Program-made: the position numbers and the translations under genes | Source: Bispira polyomma | Taxonomy: Eukaryota | Direction of reading: 5' to 3' | Assembly (NCBI GenBank): GCA_965649765.1 | Contig: OZ287756.1 | Coordinates: 31,868,001-31,932,000, forward strand | DNA length: 64,000 bases | Notes under the pieces: model-generated | What the model saw: only the letters and a program-made list of their open reading frames with translations | What the model was told of the DNA's origin: nothing | Databases searched by the model: none | Part shown: positions 49,671-62,634 of the stretch, piece after piece | How positions within the stretch are numbered: position 1 is the first letter of the stretch | How the letters are laid out: each line of letters begins with the position of its first letter

Positions 49671-50879
49671 TTCAAAGGCAGTATATACAGAAAACCTACC
49701 AGCAAGGGTGACCTAAAAATAAAAGAAATATAAATACATACACTACTAAACGGTAGAACCTATAATATCAGATAACTGAAGGTTAATAATATAGAATATA
49801 GGTACTATAGTATGAAAAAATAGAATAATGCAAATTTGAGAGAGTAAAGTGTTATTGAATATTCGGAGAGCAGATATTGTACTGTATGTGTATCATGTAT
49901 GTATTGGTTCTTGTATGGGTGAAAACCTATACAAGGATTGTTCAACTGTATGACACAAGTGAAATATATAACCATGTCACAAGCACTCGTTCATTAATAT
50001 CGGATGTACACAATGATAAGTCTGTGAATTGCTTTGTTTTTGCTTGTATTATCGTTTGTCCAGACACATTCTTTCCAAGTGGCAATCACATGACAAGTCA
50101 CTTAACACTTTATGCAAATTGCTCGTTCCTGTTTTGAAGCAATGACTTCCATATTTTTAAAGAACAAAGTGACTGATTTGAAAACTGCTGGATAATGTTG
50201 CCAATAACACCAATTATTTTGCCCATTAATTCCCCATTGACATAAAGGTACCCTGAACTGACAATAAAAAGTAATAAAACTTCCAACTTTTTATCTATTT
50301 ACCCAAATTGAAACAGTGAATATCTGTTTGTAGCAACATCTATTTATAACAAAGTTTTGTTGAAACAATTATTATAATATCATTACTTATATAATACGAT
50401 AAAATTATTTGTGTCTACTTTATTGTTAAATTTATATGTACAGTCCTTTACAAGGTGGGCATCGATTGGTACCCGGATACCAGTCAGGACGCCACCAAAG
50501 CACAACGCCACCCCATAATGCCACCACCATTAATAAGCAGAGTCCAGCTTTATTTTCTTAAATAGATTACATGTGTAGTGGCTGTATATTGTACACCCAA
50601 CTTGTATACTCCAGCAAATATTACCGTCATTGCTACATTAAACAATATTTAAATGCACAGTCATTGGAAACTGACAAAGACGTATTTATTTTGGTAGATT
50701 TTTAAACTGGCCCGTCATTGCTCCATTAAACAATATTTAAACGAGAAGTTTACGGAAAATGCTGATAAGCCATATTGTGGTTTCTACTTTACAATATACT
50801 TAATAAACCATTTATTAAAGACCGAGATAAATATAGCTATTTTCAGGGACTTCTGTTAATTGCTTCCTTCAAATTCAAG

Positions 50880-51130
50880 TACACTAAGTGGACAAATTGA
50901 CCCATCCGCACTCACCCGCACCCGTGTACATATCCATACATTTATTCATGGCTGATGGCTATACAGTTGAGCAATATACATCATTCCCGTCCGCACCCGT
51001 AGAAAAAGGTTCCAAATCCTTTTTCTATGGATGTGGGTGGAAATGGTTAACTGTATAACTACCACCCATGAATATATACATGGGTGCGGGCATGGGTGAG
51101 CAGGGATAGGTCTAGTTTCTGACTAAAAGT
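50880..51130. mobile_element. palindromic MITE (~250 bp)
   Basis: Arms ACCCGCACCCGTGTA...TATACAGTT...CCGTAGAAAAAGG and CCTTTTTCTATGG...AACTGTATA...TACATGGGTGCGGG; boundaries approximate. Confidence 0.7.
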
Positions 51131-52981
51131 AACAAAAGTTTAATTTCTATTTTTGGAGAGTTTTTGGTGGACAGCATTTCGCTATAAATATGGCTATTAC
51201 ACCTAATCACTGTATAAAATTCATTTTGAAGTAATTATTTTCACATTTTATTATCCATATAACATACACATGCCTACACCACAAATATATAGATTGTCTG
51301 CCTAAATCAATTTTAAACAAATTTAAAGTACCAACACAGCTAAATAAACAGTGATACTGCCCAAAATTTGAGGTTGATGATTAGACAGTACTAATGATTT
51401 GCCATTTGGCTGTATTGCAGTTTCTCTTCTGTTTCTCATATTATGTATCGTGTACATAAACTATTTCACAACATAATTATTATTGTTAATAAAACTTATG
51501 TAATATCTTTAACTAGATATTTACTATTGTTTGAAAATGGCGAAATGCTGTCCACTTTTCAATCAATATTAACCCAGTGACTTTGGTTTTTAACTAGTGC
51601 TTAAAATTTATCAGAAATACCTTAATGTATCTGGATACGAGTCAGATTTGTATGCAATGGAACGACCTCCACAAATAACCAGTGAATTGCCTTAACATTA
51701 TTTCCTTTTGCTCATATGTCAAATTTCCGTGAATTTCGAGCGAATCGCTGTCCCCCCCTGTAATCGGCAATGTGGCTTTATAAGTTGAAATAATTTACAT
51801 ATATGTTGTTAATCAAGGTGACGTTTTGTGTGGCGTTCAGACCGTATTTCTGATACCCAGGCGTGAACTGGTCCGCTGCGGAATATTAGCTGTTCATGAG
51901 GGCCATACAGCCTCACATGCATATATCCCATTATTATACCTCGGCGGTGAATTCAGCGATCCGTTTGGTTAAAATGCGATCATGTGACATAACATAATTC
52001 GCAATATGGCCCGGAAGTCAGGGGCCATATCACTGCAGTGGGCCATATCAGTTGCAAACTTTAGTAAGCACCATTGTCGGTAATATTTTAGTATTTTAAT
52101 AATGGATACATATATTTAACATATATAACTTTAACTTACACCAGAACTAGTACTTAAAGCCATTTTATAAAATGATTAATGCACCAAAAAACCCCTACGA
52201 TCGTCATACTTGTCACGGAGTTAGGCCCACTGCTAAACCTCGGAGCTCCGCGAATATAGACGTCGGGTCTCTACAATTACTTCTTGAAATACCAACTTCA
52301 TTGAAAATTCTCAAAATGCTTTGGTATAATAAACATAATATAAGCTGTTTGTAAGGGCTATACTTGGATATATGCACCCGAGGTCAGGCCAATATGGTTA
52401 TATGACAGCACATTTAATAAATAATAAAAAAGGTTAAAATTATTTGATGATTACTCTAAATATAAAATAGTTTCTTGAAATTTTTAAAATCAAAGTGGAC
52501 ATTGATTAGAACACTTTGCTATTTTTTTTAGACTTTTTTTACTATGCTCTATAATATCAAATATATACCAATAAAATTATCCTAAATTACATAATTGGCA
52601 ATGTAACCCAATTTGCTAAGAATTGTAACAGTAAATCTAAATAAATAAGCCCCCAAAACAATTTGGTATCCATATTGTCATATTTTGGGTTAACAATGGA
52701 TAAAATTGCTTACAATATTTGCCATTGTTTAACATGGGACGAGTTATTGGATAAAATTACCAAGGCTGGTTTCAAAATATATGTCAGTGGAATTTTAGTT
52801 TACTTTTGTTTTATTTAAGCTACAACTTTACAATTTACTATATTATTGTTCCATTCAATGTCCACGGGTGTACGCGTAAGCTTGTCCTTACTGCCAATCT
52901 ACACAGTCTCTCGGCACATTTCGTATACGATTCACAGTCGCTAGGGGCCGAATTTCGTAGCTGGCGACTGTGCCTCTGATC

Positions 52982-53202
52982 TAGACGTGATTACCGCGGC
53001 GATCATCAGTTAGCTGTCTTATCGCCGTGGCACGAGCCCACATAGAACTAGAGATTTTTTTAAAACAGAAAACCAAAAATGAAAAACCTAAAAACACTTT
53101 AAAAAAATTTTAAAAAATTTTTTTAGAAATCTCCAGTTTTATGTGGGCTCGTGCCACAGCAATAAGACAGCTAACTGACGATCGCCGCGGTAACCACGTC
53201 TA
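52982..53202. mobile_element. Mutator/MULE-type MITE
   Basis: ~85-bp TIRs TAGACGTG...CACGTCTA; perfect 9-bp TSD CCTCTGATC at 52973-52981 and 53203-53211. Confidence 0.92.
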
Positions 53203-53232
53203 CCTCTGATCACATGTGGCGAAAGTATATAA

Positions 53233-53604
53233 ATAAGCCAATTCAACATTTCGAGTGCGCATCGTCTGCGCAGATATTGTCGGGATAAATAAAGCCACGT
53301 GTGAGCGATAACGACAGAGTATTTAAAAATGTCGGCAATTTATTTCCACTTCAACTTTTAGAAATAATAAAAACAATTAATATAAAGCATCAATACAGGC
53401 AATCTTGGTCTCTAAAGAAAGGTTTTGATGAGAGCTTCTGGATTGTAAGTTCAGTTTTTGAATAATTGTACGTTATAACATTTAATTTTAGAAAATGTAA
53501 ATACGCGATCTGTTTTAGTTAGCTTTCGATGGTTTGTTTATCCCGAACCGGAAGTGTCTGCTTTAATGTTGCACATGCGCTCTCGAAATGCTGAATTGGC
53601 TTAT
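53233..53604. mobile_element. MITE with 30-bp TIRs, superfamily unassigned
   Basis: ATAAGCCAATTCAACATTTCGAGTGCGCAT versus right reverse complement ATAAGCCAATTCAGCATTTCGAGAGCGCAT. Confidence 0.85.
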
Positions 53605-53806
53605 ATAATCTTGCAGGCCCTTCTGCATACTTCAATTATAGTGCTACTATGTGTCTAGCGTGTGTGTATACTACATGTGTCTAAATATTAAGCTTTTTCA
53701 TTGACGAGATTTCACTTTTTTTGGGATTTTTAGCTGATCAAAAAGTAAATAACTATCCACAAAATGCGACAAAATATTTGTTACAACTTAGGCGAAACAT
53801 CAGGTT

Positions 53807-54939
53807 TATACTATACCTCGGAATAGAGCTGGAATCGGAATGCCGCCCTGTACTGCCGCCCTGGTCATATAAAGCTTGGTCCTTTTATGTAAGTTTAAAT
53901 ATCTCAGCCGTTTTTTAATGGATTTTGATGCAACGAAAAGCAAAGGAATCACAATAAAATAAGCTTTCTCATCTTATTTTATTGCAAGTAATTTCTGAGT
54001 TTTAAATAAATAATCACCATTTTGAGTGCAAAACCCAGCAAAAATGGCTGAAAGTTGGAATAGGAGTTTAAATGTACAGGAAAGCAGGTTGGAATGGGAG
54101 TTGTAATAGAGATATACTTCTCTACAGGGCGGCTAGTTGGAATTGGGGTTGGAATGAGAGTTGGAATAGAGATATACTTCTCTACAGGGTGGCAGACTGG
54201 AATGGGGGTTGGAATGAGAGTTGGAATGGAGATGTACTTCTCTACAGGGCGGCAGGTTGGAATAGGGGTTGGAATGAGAGTTGTAATGCAGTTATACTTC
54301 TCTGCAGGGCTGCAGACTGGACTGAAGGTTGGAATGAGAGTTGTAATGGAGATATACTTCTCTACAGGGCGGCAGGTTGGAATGGGGGTTGGAATGAGAG
54401 TTTGAATGGAGATGTACTTCTCTACAGGGCGGCAGACTGGAATGGGGGTTGGAATGAGAGTTGGAATGGAGATATACTTCTCTACAGGGAGGCAGACTGG
54501 ACTGAAGGTTGGAATGGGAGTTGTAATGGAGATGTACTTCTCCACAGGGCGGCAGGTTGGACTGGGGGTTGGAATGAGAGTTAGAATGGAGATATACTTC
54601 TTTACAGGGAGGCAGGCTGTACTGAAGGATGGAATGGAAGTTGGAATAGAGCTAGCTATGCGTGGGTGGAAGGTTGGACTTGATGTTAGAATGGGAGCAA
54701 TTTTAAAAAAACAATCCAAATTTAACTATATCTTCATCAGCATTTTAATTAGTAACCTATCACAAGGTATATTATAAGAGCTTTCTGGTGATACCAAAAC
54801 GAAATTTTTGGAGGAAGTAGTTAGATAAATACATCCATTTATACAATTTATTTTTCATGTTGCACCTTAATCAAGTTGCCGCCCTGCCACCCTGTTCCAG
54901 GGCGGCTGGAATAGGGCGGCAATTCCGAAGTGTAGTATA
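53807..54939. mobile_element. TIR element carrying a 60-bp satellite
   Basis: Left TATACTATACCTCGGAAT; right reverse complement TATACTACACTTCGGAAT. Flanked by direct repeat TAGG(C)GAAACATCAGGT. Confidence 0.7.
54075..54655. repeat. 60-bp tandem repeat, ~10 copies
   Basis: Successive 60-nt lines are almost identical (TCTACAGGGCGGCAGGTTGGAATGGGGGTTGGAATGAGAGTTGGAATGGAGATATACTTC). Confidence 0.97.
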
Positions 54940-57900
54940 TAGGGAAACATCAGGTGAATGTTAAACTTACAGAAACCGCAGTGTTACTGTGAAGCATGAA
55001 TGTAAATGTGAAGCATATATACAGCGCTTTCTCTTGGTACACTGAAAAAAAAGTTGGTTGATCTAACAAGTTAGTAGATCCTACGATGTCTATCTTGACT
55101 AAGCACTTAGTTAAATTAACCAATATTTTATGAGTTGATTAAACTAAAGCACTTGGTTAGACTAACTAATCCTGTTAGTTCTTTCAACAAAGTCAAGTTA
55201 GTTAGTCTCACCAAAAAGGTTGGTTAGACCAACTAATTCAAATTGGTCTGATCAACTACCTATAAGCTGGTTGGTCCAACAAGTAAAGTTTGTTTGTCGA
55301 ACAAAGTTAAGTTAGGTAGTCTTACCAAGGAGATTGGTTAAACCAACTACTTTAAACAGGTCTGAACAACTACCTATAAACTGGTAAAGTTAGTTTGCCT
55401 AACAAAGGTTATTTGGTTGTATCAACAAAGTGATTGGTTTATTTTATATAATAAAATTGGTATAATGGTTAGTCAAACAAAGTTGATTAGTTAAATGATC
55501 ACATGCTTTTACCTTTTAAAAAAATAATCATTAGATTATCTAAGATTTATCATTGTAGGTTGACCTTTTATTAAACTGCTTACCATAGAATAGTATGAGG
55601 ATCTTAAACTATGTAATTTGTAGCCGTGTATATATATATAAATGCGTCTAAAAGCCAGTAATAACTCCATGTTGACTCCAATATATATATTTTTTCTTTA
55701 TTATATTTATAATATTGAATACACAAACACACAATAATTTGAGGCATTGTATACAAATGTAACAAAGTCTTTAACAGTGAAATGTATCTGAATTAAATTT
55801 GCAAAAAATATACATAAAATTGTAACAAATGTCTATATTATATACAAGACAACATATTTCTAAATTACTGATTCTTTAAGTAAATAATTAATTCCAAAAG
55901 GAGTGAATTAATTTGCACTTTGAACATAATCATGTATAGCGCTGGCTACTTAGACTACAGATAAAGTCATTTTATCATACTAAGTTAATGCAAACATATT
56001 GAAACCCTAGAAACAAGACACAAATGGGAAATTGAAGACTTGTACAATCTTGTAGTAACATAGAAAATTTATTTTACCAGGAAACCAATAACTAAGACAA
56101 GTAAAAGGAAAAGGGCAATAATATATTATTAATTACATTATGTTTAACACCATGGGCCGAAAACATTGTTTGCTTTTGAGCAATATTTGACACACTAAAA
56201 TTTAAACTAAAAGGGACCATAAAATATAAAATTGTAACAACTGAATGACAAAATATATATATTTGACCATATTTCAAGTTATAGCAGCTTTTCAGTAGGT
56301 AATATGTAGGATAAACTACATTTCAAAATTTTACCAGCTGTGATGGCCCGATATAGATGGTATATATTTTATTATCGCTCTCGGTTTTGTCAAATATTAT
56401 CGATACCTTACCAATGCTTTTGCATCAGTCATTTCATGTATTCCTGGTAGCAATAAAGTGTTCTCACATATTTTACTGCATATTACATTTAAATTTTTTT
56501 TATTAAACTTGCCACATTTTCAAGTCGTAGTTATTTCTGGGAAAGCCCCAGACCTGCGCATATGCTCGCACTGAGAACGCCCTGGATTTTTAGCTTACTA
56601 GTTTTTACTACATGTGAACTTGCTAAGGTTATAACAAACTTGCAGGCACTGCCTGACAAGTGAAACAACAATACCCTATCAAATTTTTAGGAGCCTTGTG
56701 CTTTATCTTGGTGCTACTAGTACTTTCCACAGTATTAAGCAACTACAGGTATTTCTACTCTTCCTAGACAGGATGCCGGTACAAGACACTTAACATCCTT
56801 AGCATATGCCAATGTCCAACAATGTTATCCGCCAAAAAAAGGGGATCAGTATGGTATCAAATCTGGGACCTCCCAAAACCTGCTTACTCATTAGATTACT
56901 GAGTAACCTAGGACTAAATCTAAAACATTTGGGAAAACTTTTGACAATAAAATATTTAAGTCAATAGCATGATAACAATACAAGAGTTCAGGTGTTGAGA
57001 CCCTGAATTTCAGAAAATAGCTAACCAACACTTATAACTGGTATAAAAAAATCACAGTGTAAATGTAAACAAATACTTATGATGACATACATTTTAAAAA
57101 ATTGATGTTAAACTTCATTGCTATTAAACAAGTAGAGACACAAAATGCTTTAGCCGCCATTTTTTTTTCTCTTACTGTGGCCATGTTGGATTTTTTTCAA
57201 AATTTGAAATATGAATTTCTGTTTGCGAACTAAATTAATGTATGCCATCACCTTTCAGTGTAAAATAGACCCTATCAGTCGAAAGCACACAATCCAATAT
57301 GTTTGATTTGAGTTATGGCAAGTTTGAGTAAAGTATTTCTAAAAAAATTACAAATATTTATAGATTGCAATGGATGCTAGTTGATGGATCATCATGTTAA
57401 CTCATTCGACTCCACGAAAAAACTATTGAGGTGAACTGAAGAAAATCTTTCGGGTAATTGTATCCTAGGGGTCGAAAGGGTTAAATGCCACAGATGCATT
57501 TTAGTTTAAAATAATCTGCAAAAATAATTTTTGGGAGTTTGGTTAAATAAAACTAAAATTGACACTTTGAATTTTGTGTTACACCTTAAAGTTAAAAAAA
57601 AAACAAAATATTAGGAATATGAATTTGGTTGGACTATTTGTGATTGAGCAGTACTGAATTAAGTTATTTATAGAGTCTACATTACTTTATATTAACAGTG
57701 ATACCAGGTTTTAATGGAAGCACTTGTATTTTCATACTCATCATTAATGTCAAACAGAACATTTTGAATAAACTGACATGTTTTTGTTAGTTTTTTGTTT
57801 TATTGTACATTAAAAAGTTTAAACATAATGTTTTTCCATGTTTGCTTTTATGGTTGACAGAAAATGATCACAGGTAGCCACAACACCTCCATTGAGTGTG

Positions 57901-58721
57901 ATTTTCAGGTTCCTGTTGAAAGGATATGCATCTACATATATATTGCCAACTGCTACATCAGTCACCTAAAACAATATATGAGATATATTTTTAAAAGTAT
58001 TAGTAGGATTTTACATTGCATGAAAAGCAGGAGCAGAAATGTGATATACCAAATATAAACTTATTAGGACATACAGTTTCAGAAATATGGCCTAGACAAA
58101 CTTAATGAAACCATGGCTCCAAGGGAAAAAAATATCCCGTCAGCCGTAATATAGATGACAGGTAACAATACATGGGATCAAAATTAAAAACATAATCAGT
58201 AATATGGATGATATGTATATAAACCTACAGGTGCTGTTCAATAAAATATGTTTAAATCACTTACAGGTGGTGGGGTGAAATAGTAATAATATTAAAACAT
58301 GATTCAACCAACAGCATCAGCACACAAGTGAAACTTCTAAAAAGTAGTACTCTTGAGAGAAAGCATACAAGCTGTATTATTAGAGTACTCTTTACAATAT
58401 TTTGTTATGAAGAATGACATTTGTTACCTTAACTTTAAAGAAAAGCTTTCCAATAGACTCCTTCAGTTGGCTTGGAATTGCCAATACTGCCGCAATGTCC
58501 AGCTATCCTGCAAAAGTATATGGGGGCTATTTTTTTATTTTAAATTAAAAATATATTATACTCTTCTGTAATATTTTTTCAACCTATGTTCATATTATAT
58601 TATAACAAGAGTCAAGTGACTTCAAGTGGGACAGAAAGTAAGCTGCCCTGCTCTAAAGATTCACAAGTCACGATTTCCATTAAGGATACGATACAAATAC
58701 AAACCAAAGATCTCCAAGTAG

Positions 58722-58946
58722 TTATTATTATTATTATTATTATGCATTTTTAACGTGCTTTATTGATGCTAGGCATCTTCTAAAGCGCAACAGCAGAGTA
58801 AAGTCCATGGGCATAGCAAGGTTGTAAGGGTAGGGGGGTTAACAGCTGGTTAATCAGCAAGCAACCAGACCGGGTGTTAACCCACCCGTAGCATCCGGCG
58901 GCAAGGGGCGCAACTCCCTTTCACGCTTCACATGGTGAAGGGTGCC
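58722..58946 (-). mobile_element. short retroposon with structured head and L2-derived tail (copy 2)
   Basis: Reverse-complement match to 16790-17010; (ATA)n tail. Confidence 0.8.
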
Positions 58947-59736
58947 ATAGCCTAGTTACATCCCTATATGACCTTAAATATGGGGGTCAAAGGTTAAATT
59001 TTATTGGGTCATGCCATGGATGTGTAAAAGTTGTTTTTACATTGAAAACCACTAAGACAACTAATAATGATGATATAAAGACATACAAGGCGACAAAAAA
59101 GGACACAGTCGATATATGCCATGCTGCAAATTTTTTAACAAAGGCGATATAAAAAATTGAGACTTTTTTAACAGTAAAAGTTCAGCCAGGTATTTGGTAC
59201 TTTTATTAGGAGTCCAATTCCGACTCCATTAAACACAAAAATTGTCTTTATTTTACTGATACATATTCATATAGAAGCAACATTACTCTTATTAAACAGT
59301 ACTTTTACAAATGCCATTTTCGTGTAATCCTAATAATATAGTTCATTTGAATAAATTAGCAAGAGGATATCAATTGGGCCACTGTGCATGTTCGTAAGAA
59401 CAAGTGTCCTTACTCCAATTGTCCATTACTCTAATTTTATTCCCAAAACAATTTGTCAATGTACCAGCTATTTTGAAGAGAAAAAGGACACAACGTATAC
59501 AATTAGATTTAAGATTTATTTTTACAATGACATGGATTTAATATTTACTATAATAATGATACACTTACATAATTGTTTTGAAACAAATAAAATCTTAACA
59601 TATAATCATTGACTTGTCGTATACTAACACAACCCTTAAATCATTAAATTAATTTTCAACAATATTTTTACATTTCTCTAAAGCTAGACATTTCTTATTA
59701 GTATGTACAAATTTTATATGTATATATAAATAAACG

Positions 59737-60529
59737 CAGTGAATATACGCACAGACCCGTGTGTGTAAAAAAAACACGAAACTTAAATATTTTTAAGTCT
59801 GTGGCTGTTTTAGCTGCTTAATATATTGGGTTATGTATCAATATATTACCCTAAAGACAACTTTAAAAGAAAAGGGTCAATAACTTTCCCAGAAAGTGAA
59901 AATGTTATATGTCAGGAGGTAACTATGATTCGAATTAATTAATAGACCTTGGGAAGCTTATATAAAGGTTAAAGACAATTAAATATCTAATATTATTAAA
60001 TGCGATGGACGTCAGGTTACCGATGTCTTAATGTATAGATAGGCATCGGGTCCTCAAATATAACAAACAAAATGTATACATTAGCCATGGACTTAATTAA
60101 GACAAGGTCTGGCAGAAGTAAACAAATACAAAAATGGCCCCCCTTATTTAACCAAATATCTTAAGCATTTCACAACGGATTTGGTTGAAACAAAAAACAC
60201 AATAATGACAATAAAATGAGTTATTAATAAAATAATACATCCCCGGACGAATTTTACTGAAAATTACTTCTCGAAACAAACTTTTATGAATATATTACTG
60301 TATATCTACACATGTAACTTGTCTTTAAACTTAAATATTTTAGCCATTTCTAAACAGATTTTGATGCAACAAAAAGCACAATAATGCAAATGAAATAGGC
60401 TCTTATATATTACCTTATATGTGCACACATTTTGAAAAATAGAAAAATATTAGCCTCCTTATCCTCAAATCATATCCGTGCGTATAACATGTTTTTTATA
60501 CACACAGACCCGTGCGTATATAACCACTG
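59737..60529. mobile_element. non-autonomous TIR element (CAGTG ends)
   Basis: Left CAGTGAATATACGCAC..GTGTGT..AAAAAAC; right reverse complement CAGTGGTTATATACGCAC..GTGTGTATAAAAAAC. No clean TSD. Confidence 0.65.
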
Positions 60530-62634
60530 TTAAATAAATGGCTCAAAAAATGTTATAAAAAATACCGGTAGTTGGCATACGAAACAAAAATCACTCACCC
60601 ATTTTTCAGTTTAAAGGGAGGTCAGTTTGTCAGCATGTCTTCCACATTGGCATGGTTGTTTATTAACATTAACCGACGATCTGAGAGCATCCAGTCCATT
60701 AATGCCTTTAACAGATTTTCATCAGGTTCCGCCTTTTGACTTTCTGTGGTAACTGTGTCCTTTGGACGCTTTATGGAGGTATCATCCTGGCTGGCCTGGC
60801 AAGTAGTGTTTCAAACCCCACAATACATTGCTTGAATGTTGTTTGAACTCTGAAATATCAGGCATAAATAAACACTTATTAAACAGTAATATCAACCACT
60901 GTGATATCGTGGAATACATATTTTATCCTATTTATCTTGAAAAGATTTTCCAGACTTGTCTCATCTGACATACAATTTAACTAATCACTATTAGTTGGAT
61001 CAACAAAGGCTAACCAATTTTCATTAGTTAAACTAACTAACATCCAAACAGTAATACCAACCAAAGTCCTTAGTTAGTTCGCCCAATATATTAGTTAGTT
61101 AGCCCAATATATTAGTTAGTTTACCTAACTATAACTAACCACAACACTCTTGAAAAATAAATAATAAAAAAAAAACTACTTCTGTGCAATTATTCAAGTA
61201 GCCCACCACTATAGTATAAAGATTAGTGATATATATATATATACATAATATTTGCATTTTATTTACAATATTGACAAAAATAACAGAAAACAATACCTCT
61301 GGGCGATAATTAGTCTGCAATTTTCTGCATACCAATATGATCTACAGTTAATGTTTAACATTTACCTATGTTTCTGTAAAACTGATGCATCTATTAAGGA
61401 TATATAATAAAGAAAACCATCTTACCAGTTTAAATATTTGTGCCAAATTCCATCTTGTTTACAACCAGCAAATAGTATATTACGCATGCTCCTACTTCAA
61501 AAACTAAGGTAGTAACAAATATCTGTTCTTAGATTAACTAAGGGGTTGGTTAAATTTTGTTCTAATGAACTGTTCTTGGTAGATTAAACTAACCTTGGGT
61601 TTTCATTGAAATAAATAACATGGTTATTGCGATATATCTCCTGTTCTAAAAGATTTACACTGGCTTCCTGTTCAATTTTGATCTAGATATTCAAAACTGC
61701 CACACTAATCTAAAAATCTCTCAATCCAGGCCCATAAAATACCTCAGCCTGTATCACCTCTTACTCTCAGCAAATCAATACCCACAATAGAAATCTTAAT
61801 AAATTGTTCCTTAATTTTTCTACCATTTGATCGCCACACATAAAAATCAAAAGTCCATTTTAATAATGGATTTGAAATGACCTACCACAAGATATTATGT
61901 ATTCACCATCTGTTTCAACTTTAAGAAGCAAGCCTATCTTAAGACCTATCTCTATCAAAAATCTTATCCCACCTAACACAGTCTTACCAGCGGATTTAAA
62001 ATCTGCCCAGACCAAATTGAAATTTTGATTTTCCCGTAAATTTGGCTTAAATACGACAATGCAAAATAATATTTTCATTTATGTAAGCATAATTATTCCT
62101 TTAAAACTCCTTTGACATATGGATCAAACAACTGGTAACTCATCCCTGAGCACAAATGAAACAGAGGCGTACCAAAAAAAATCTTTTAAGGATTATATCT
62201 TAATGCTACTTACTAATTTCTGAGCACATATAAAAGAGCAGTGTTTTAGAGGAAACCTTTGAAGGATTAAATGTAAATCCTACTAAGTCATTCCTGAGCA
62301 CATATATAAACGAGCAGTGTACCAACATAAATGTTTTAAGCATTATATCTACAGCCACACCTTGACTCTGTGAATTGATGAAGAGATAATTTACACGAGA
62401 TCTCGTCCTAAAGTGAGATCACGTGTATGAATTTTTGGGATTATGATAACGAGATTGATAACGAGAAGTGTGGACTTCTACACATTTTTATTAGTTACTA
62501 AAGTTTTGTTAGGTATACAAGATTTTTCCCCCAAAGCCAAAAAAGAAATATGAAGTTTAGAAAGTATAATTAACAAGGGTCTGAAAGGTGGAAGGGACAA
62601 GGCGTGATTGTGCGGATTGTTGTTAAATACAGGC

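Larger units (their letters stand above)
57690..60849 (-). pseudogene. spliced, decayed SAMD3-like (CACTA accessory ORF-like) gene; exons 60599-60849, 58428-58507, ~57690-57965
   Basis: WGLKHYLPG..DDTSIKR..ESQKAEPDENLLKALMDWMLSDRRLML; LDIAAVLAIPSQLKESIGKLFFKVK; HYV..FNVQ*NKKLTKTCQFIQNVLFDI. GT-AG sites, stops and frameshifts are present. Confidence 0.6.
55040..61600. mobile_element. probable CACTA/EnSpm-like DNA transposon remnant
   Basis: Left terminus CACTGAAAAAAA. Dense TTGGTT/TAGTT...AACTAA/AACAAAG subterminal repeats at 55053-55500 and 60980-61600. Internal SAMD3-like exons. Right terminus not seen. Confidence 0.55.

Noticed and set aside
53979-54777. 246-aa Pro/Thr-rich ORF and overlapping repetitive ORFs
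   Set aside because: They arise from a 60-bp (multiple of 3) satellite inside a TIR element and are open in several frames on both strands; there is no independent coding evidence.
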